Shown one piece after another: positions 27,261 to 32,000 of a stretch of DNA of 32,000 nt. The translations under genes and the position numbers were made by a program. This DNA comes from Alkanindiges sp. WGS2144 (lineage in GTDB: Bacteria; Pseudomonadota; Gammaproteobacteria; Pseudomonadales; Moraxellaceae). The notes under the pieces were generated by a model. The model did no database searches. It saw nothing but the letters and a program-made list of their open reading frames with translations, and had not been told where the DNA came from. The stretch's first letter is position 1; each line of letters begins with the position of its first letter. Where the stretch lies: NCBI RefSeq assembly GCF_043950625.1, contig NZ_CP171007.1; one strand, 5' to 3'.

Positions 27261-30038
27261 TTACTCCTCTGATGCGGAAGCGGAGGGTGCCGTAGTGTCA
27301 TGCGCATCATCCTGATGAACCTTTGAACCGGCGGTGGTAATATCATTAAGTGGCGCAAAGGCCTGTGGCAGCCATGGAGCGGGCAAGTCGGTTTCCAGCT
27401 CAAAACTGGAAATCGCATCCTTAACCATGCGCCGGTCTACCTCGCCTTCATCAGCCAGCAGTTTTAGAGTTGCCACCACAATATGCGCCGCATCCACGCC
27501 AAAATATGCACGCAAATTGGCACGGGTATCGGAGCGGCCAAAGCCATCGGTGCCCAGCGCCACATATGGCCGGCTATCCGGTAAATAAGGCCGGATTTGT
27601 TCACTAAAGCTGCGCATATAATCGGTGGCTGCCACCACCACGCCCTGATAATTGGCCAGTTGCTGCGCCACCCATGGCACCTGAATATCCTGTTCCTCAA
27701 CCAGAGGATGCAAACGATTTTGCAGCTCGCACTTCATGCCGTCACGCGCCAGCTCATTAAAGCTGGTCACGCTCCACACGTTGGCATGAATGGCATATTC
27801 TTCTTTTAAAATCTGGGCAGCCTTGATGACTTCCCGCAAGATGACACCCGAACCCAGCAGTTGCACAGCGGCTTGTTCATCTTCCTGCAATAAATACATG
27901 CCACGCCGTATCCCTTCTTCTACCCCTTCTGGCATTGCTGGCTGTTCATAGTTTTCATTCATGATGGTCAGGTAATAAAAAATCCGTTCGCCACCGCCGT
28001 CTTCCTTGGCACCATACATGCGGCGCAAACCATCCTGCACAATCACTGCCAGCTCATAGCCAAAGCATGGGTCATAACTCATACAGTTGGGTACGGTATT
28101 GGCCAGAATTTGTGAATGACCGTCCTGATGTTGCAGGCCTTCTCCATTTAAAGTGGTGCGGCCGGATGTCGCTCCCAGTAAAAAGCCCTGCGCCTGACAA
28201 TCACCAGCCGCCCAGATCAGGTCGCCCACCCGCTGAAAGCCAAACATGGAATAAAACAGGTAAAACGGAATCATCGGTAAAGCATTGGTGGAATAACTGG
28301 TAGCCAAGGCAATCCAGGCACTTAAGGCGCCGGCCTCATTAATGCCTTCTTGTAGCATGTGTCCGTCTTTGGCCTCGTGATAGCTCATTAGCTGTTCACT
28401 GTCTTCTGAGGTATACAATTGACCGCTGGAGGAATAAATCCCCAACTGGCGGAACATGCCCTCCAGGCCAAAAGTACGCGCTTCATCCGGCACAATTGGC
28501 ACTACACGGTCGCGCAAGGCTTTATTCTTCAACAAAATGGATAAAATCCGCACCATCACCATAGTAGTGGAATAGGCTTTATCGCCACTGCCATCCAGCA
28601 CCGTTTTAAAATCAGTCAAATCAGGAATTGGCAGCGCCTCAGCCTGCTGACGACGTACCGGTAAATAACCGCCCAGCACTTCACGTTGCGCCCGCATATA
28701 TTTAATTTCAGGCGAGTCATCCGCCGGACGATAAAACGGCAAGTCCGGTAACTGCTCATCACTTAATGGCAAATTAAAGCGGTCACGGAAATATTTTAAA
28801 GCCTCAACCTGTAGCTTTTTAATTTGATGGGTTTTATTAATACTTTCGGCCTCTGGCGATAAACCATAGCCTTTTACGGTTTTGGCTAAAATCACCGTGG
28901 GCTGACCTTGGGTTTTTACGGCTTCAGCATAGGCAGCGTACACTTTAAACGGGTCATGCCCGCCACGGTTTAGGGCGTTAATGTCCTCATCGCTTAAGTC
29001 CTTCACCAGTTCCGCAGTTTCAGGATATTTGCCAAAAAAATGCTCACGCGCATAAGCACCACCGCGTGCCTGATAAATTTGATAGTCGCCATCCAAAGCT
29101 TCTTCCATGCGCTGTTTTAGCGCACCGGAATGATCCTTTGCCAATAGCGGATCCCAGCGCTTGCCCCAAACCACCTTGATTACCCGCCAGCCTGCGCCAC
29201 GGAAAATGGATTCCAGTTCCTGAATAATTTTGCCATTACCGCGTACCGGGCCATCCAGCCGCTGCAAGTTGCAGTTAATGACCCAGATCAGGTTGTCCAG
29301 CTTTTCCCGACCCGCCAGTGCAATAGCCCCCAGACTTTCTGGCTCATCCATTTCACCATCACCCAAAAATGCCCAGATTTTGCGATCTTCGCTGGCGATT
29401 AATTTACGATTGGTCAGGTATTTTTGAATATGCGCCTGATAAATCGACATGATCGGCCCAAGCCCCATCGACACGGTAGGAAACTGCCAGTAATCGGGCA
29501 TCAGGTACGGATGCGGATAACTGGATAAGCCCTGCCCACCCACTTCACGGCGAAAATTGCTCAGGTGCTCTTCGCTTAAGCGTCCTTCCAGAAAAGACCG
29601 GGCATAAATTCCGGGCGCCGAATGACCCTGGTAATAAATCATGTCACCGCCAGAATGCTCACTCGGCGCCCGAAAAAAATGATTAAAACCTATATCATAC
29701 AGCGTGGCACTAGAGGCAAAAGTTGCCAGATGACCGCCCAGATCATCATGATTTAGATTGGCTCGCAGCACCATAGCCAGTGCATTCCAGCGAATTAGCG
29801 CCCGGATTCGGCGTTCCATATAGGCGTCGCCCGGCAAACCTGCTTCTTCTTCAACAGCAATGGTATTCAAATAGGGCGTATTTAGACGTGAAACCGGAAC
29901 ATGACGTGCAATGGCTTGCTGGTACAGGGCTTTTAACAAAAAGGCAGCCCGTTCCAGCCCTACATGCGTAATCACCGAATCAAAAGCATCCTGCCACTCC
30001 TTGGTCTCCAGCGCATCGGGATCCTGATAAAACGCCAT
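27261..30038 (-). CDS. aceE: Pyruvate dehydrogenase E1 component (homodimeric type)
   Basis: Start taken at MAFYQDPDALETKEWQDAF; the ORF-track start at 30086 adds 16 residues. The ThDP motif GDGEMDEPES......NLIWV.NCNLQRLDGPVRGN is present. The C-terminus carries a roughly 35-aa low-complexity tail. Confidence 0.95.
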   Translation of the reverse strand: MAFYQDPDALETKEWQDAFDSVITHVGLERAAFLLKALYQQAIARHVPVSRLNTPYLNTIAVEEEAGLPGDAYMERRIRALIRWNALAMVLRANLNHDDLGGHLATFASSATLYDIGFNHFFRAPSEHSGGDMIYYQGHSAPGIYARSFLEGRLSEEHLSNFRREVGGQGLSSYPHPYLMPDYWQFPTVSMGLGPIMSIYQAHIQKYLTNRKLIASEDRKIWAFLGDGEMDEPESLGAIALAGREKLDNLIWVINCNLQRLDGPVRGNGKIIQELESIFRGAGWRVIKVVWGKRWDPLLAKDHSGALKQRMEEALDGDYQIYQARGGAYAREHFFGKYPETAELVKDLSDEDINALNRGGHDPFKVYAAYAEAVKTQGQPTVILAKTVKGYGLSPEAESINKTHQIKKLQVEALKYFRDRFNLPLSDEQLPDLPFYRPADDSPEIKYMRAQREVLGGYLPVRRQQAEALPIPDLTDFKTVLDGSGDKAYSTTMVMVRILSILLKNKALRDRVVPIVPDEARTFGLEGMFRQLGIYSSSGQLYTSEDSEQLMSYHEAKDGHMLQEGINEAGALSAWIALATSYSTNALPMIPFYLFYSMFGFQRVGDLIWAAGDCQAQGFLLGATSGRTTLNGEGLQHQDGHSQILANTVPNCMSYDPCFGYELAVIVQDGLRRMYGAKEDGGGERIFYYLTIMNENYEQPAMPEGVEEGIRRGMYLLQEDEQAAVQLLGSGVILREVIKAAQILKEEYAIHANVWSVTSFNELARDGMKCELQNRLHPLVEEQDIQVPWVAQQLANYQGVVVAATDYMRSFSEQIRPYLPDSRPYVALGTDGFGRSDTRANLRAYFGVDAAHIVVATLKLLADEGEVDRRMVKDAISSFELETDLPAPWLPQAFAPLNDITTAGSKVHQDDAHDTTAPSASASEE

Positions 30039-30187
30039 GTTTTTTCTCCTTGCTTGCCACTGCTTTGTTTTTAGCTTCACAACCAAGCATAGCCATATTT
30101 AAGGCTTAATGAATCAAAGAATTGCAAAATAATGTATGCCAGCGCTGCCAGCATCATTACCCGGCAGGCCATTAACCCCTTTTAGGC

Positions 30188-30212
30188 AAAAAAATACCCG
30201 GCACAGGCCGGG
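30188..30212 (-). terminator. Rho-independent terminator of the M23 peptidase gene
   Basis: The minus strand reads CCCGGC-ctgt-GCCGGGtattttttt. Confidence 0.7.
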
Positions 30213-30268
30213 CAGTTTATGAAGAGGGGTTTTATTAGACACTCATTCAGCTGGAAACCAGCTCAATT

Positions 30269-31105
30269 TTAAAATTCGCGTTTTGGTGCCAAAGCCAGAT
30301 AAGTGGCGGGGTTTTCACGCTTACCATCTTTAAGTACTTCATAGTGCAGGTGCGGGCCAGTACAGCGGCCTGTACAACCCACTGCTGCAATATTCTGGTT
30401 GGCTTTGACCTGATCACCCACCGATACATACAAACGTGATGCATGACCATAGCGGGTCACATAACCATTGCCATGATCAATTTCCACATAGTTGCCATAA
30501 CCACGACCCCAGCCAGAGTGAGTCACCACGCCATCACCGGTCGCATAAATAGGTGTGCCAGTGGGCGCTGCCAGATCAATGCCGGAGTGGTAGGCTGTTT
30601 TACCAAACAGATGACGATAACCAAATGTTGAAGACACCCGGGCATTGGCGATTGGTTCGATGGCCAAAATAGAATTGCTCACATTCACACTATAAGGTGA
30701 TGGATCATTACTATTGCGGTAAGAGCGGGTTACTGTTAGCGATTCGGTTAGACGATCCAGATTTTCCTGACGGGTTTGTGCCTGACGGGAGATCTGGTCA
30801 ATTTGTTGCTGAATCCCATCGTTATGATCCTGGGATAAAATACTGAGTTCACCGCCATATTCGCCACCCACGCCAGCGCCATGGTCAAAATAATGGTCGT
30901 GCTGTTCAGTCGCATCAATTAGGCCATGTGAGGCCAGTGAATCAACCAGCTGCTGCTGGGTAGTCCACATCTGGCTGACATATTGATCCAGAGAGGTAGT
31001 GTTGGCAGCACTAGAAGCACTGATTAAAGTTTGTGGATCAGCAAATGATGATGACGCAATCCATGCAGTAAAAGATAAGGCTAAAAAAATACGGCGCTTA
31101 CTCAT
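30269..31105 (-). CDS. M23-family (LytM-domain) metallopeptidase, secreted
   Basis: Start taken at MSKRRIFLALSFTAWIASSSFA (signal peptide). The C-terminal LytM domain has HSGIDLAAP.GTPIYA..DG.V and TGPHLHYEV. Confidence 0.85.
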   Translation of the reverse strand: MSKRRIFLALSFTAWIASSSFADPQTLISASSAANTTSLDQYVSQMWTTQQQLVDSLASHGLIDATEQHDHYFDHGAGVGGEYGGELSILSQDHNDGIQQQIDQISRQAQTRQENLDRLTESLTVTRSYRNSNDPSPYSVNVSNSILAIEPIANARVSSTFGYRHLFGKTAYHSGIDLAAPTGTPIYATGDGVVTHSGWGRGYGNYVEIDHGNGYVTRYGHASRLYVSVGDQVKANQNIAAVGCTGRCTGPHLHYEVLKDGKRENPATYLALAPKREF

Positions 31106-31215
31106 AAATAATCTCTTTCCTGTCCTGCGGCCTGACCTCACTGGCAATTAACCCTTGCTGCGTCGTTAAAAAATCGTTTAAGGTAACCCGGCTTTTTTAA
31201 CACAAAGACTATGCC

Positions 31216-31653
31216 ATGAAGCGTCCAATTCACGCCTTTTTTAATCACTCAGGGGAATCAACCACAGGGAGTTTGCAGTCTCTCCAGTCGCAAATGCAGT
31301 ACCTGGAAAAACTTACGCAACTGACCAAACCAGTCTTGCCACCTAATCAAACCTGGCAAGTGGTTTCCTTTCAAGAAGGGATCTTATGTATTGCCACAGA
31401 CAATTATGCAGCAATGAGTCAATTACGATACTTACAAACACATTACATTAAGCAGCTTCAGTACATTGCCGAGTTTAGGAATTTACGTTCCATTAAAGTG
31501 ATTGTGGAAGCCCGGCCAGTCCCAAAAACTATGCCTCAAATACCACCACCTGCACTGAACGATCAAACCCGACAAGCCATTTTAGAAGCTGCCACCCTCA
31601 TTCATGACCGCGAGCTTAGCCAAGCTCTACAGCGTTTGGCAAGCAAAAAATGA
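31216..31653 (+). CDS. DUF721 family protein (DciA-like, possible replicative-helicase loader)
   Basis: 145 aa. The pattern W.vvs...G.L.I......A..LRY.....I..L........I..I.V resembles DUF721 as I recall it. The position next to lpxC and an M23 peptidase is typical for this family in gammaproteobacteria that lack dnaC. Not verified by HMM. Confidence 0.5.
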   Translation: MKRPIHAFFNHSGESTTGSLQSLQSQMQYLEKLTQLTKPVLPPNQTWQVVSFQEGILCIATDNYAAMSQLRYLQTHYIKQLQYIAEFRNLRSIKVIVEARPVPKTMPQIPPPALNDQTRQAILEAATLIHDRELSQALQRLASKK

Positions 31654-31691
31654 TCGAAAATTGAACTCAAAAAGGATTTTGATCGTTTTTT
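31652..31691 (+). terminator. Possible intrinsic terminator after the DUF721 gene
   Basis: GATCGAAA-17 nt loop-TTTTGATC then gTTTTTT. The stem is AT-rich with one G-U pair and a long loop. Confidence 0.35.
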
Positions 31692-31754
31692 AAGCAACAA
31701 AAAAATACATTTCCCTATGCAATGTTACATTATAACCTTAGCGATATAAGGAAG

Positions 31755-32000
31755 TTAACTGGCTTTTACATAAGAGATTGGGCAATTTACATCGTCATCA
31801 AATGTAACAATCTCATAACAATTTGGTGTGGTCAAAATTTTGCGTAAAAGCTGGTTATTGAGCGCATGGCCGGATTTATACCCCTCAAAGCGACCAATAA
31901 TACTGTGACCAATCAGATATAAGTCGCCAATAGCGTCCAGCATCTTATGCCGCACAAACTCGTCGCTAAAGCGCAGGCCTTCGCTATTGACAATCCCATG
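31755..32000 (-). CDS. lpxC: UDP-3-O-acyl-N-acetylglucosamine deacetylase, C-terminal 81 codons; continues beyond the window
   Basis: My hand translation up to position 32000 reads [56 protein letters not shown].... This matches the E. coli LpxC C-terminal region ([19 protein letters not shown]...G......[11 protein letters not shown]). Confidence 0.95.
   Translation of the reverse strand, partial: HGIVNSEGLRFSDEFVRHKMLDAIGDLYLIGHSIIGRFEGYKSGHALNNQLLRKILTTPNCYEIVTFDDDVNCPISYVKAS

Overview
This window is mostly core chromosome from a Gammaproteobacterium. The Omp33-36-like and DcaP-like porins and the lpxC/DUF721/M23/aceEF neighbourhood suggest a Moraxellaceae/Acinetobacter-like organism, but that is inference only. 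I can support about 25 protein genes and saw no rRNA, tRNA or CRISPR. Left to right: the 5' part of an IS3-family (IS150-like) element cut by the window edge, with a canonical A_AAA_AAG -1 frameshift site. Next is an acetate-switch locus: actP-yjcH, a divergent SLC5-fused hybrid sensor kinase (CrbS-like), an uncharacterised 257-aa ORF, acs followed by and overlapping a LuxR/NarL-type response regulator (CrbR-like), and a DcaP-like porin. Housekeeping genes follow: an MscS-family channel, rsmE, waaA, prfB with the classic +1 frameshift, two tandem Omp33-36-like porin paralogs, recJ, pdxH, glmM, guaB, a YkgJ-type Cys-cluster protein, aceF, aceE, an M23 peptidase, a DUF721/DciA-like gene and the 3' end of lpxC. 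I see no defence island, prophage, toxin-antitoxin or secretion cluster, and no convincing evidence of a wholly new system. The observations most worth following up are all in the acetate locus. (i) An exact GACTTTGG(T) box recurs in its intergenic regions, which makes it a candidate operator. (ii) The unannotatable 257-aa gene sits between the kinase and regulator genes and carries one of those boxes next to its start codon. (iii) The regulator gene is translationally nested in the 3' end of acs. All protein identities come from recalled family motifs, not from database searches. Start codons were chosen by alignment logic and SD inspection and may be off by a few codons.
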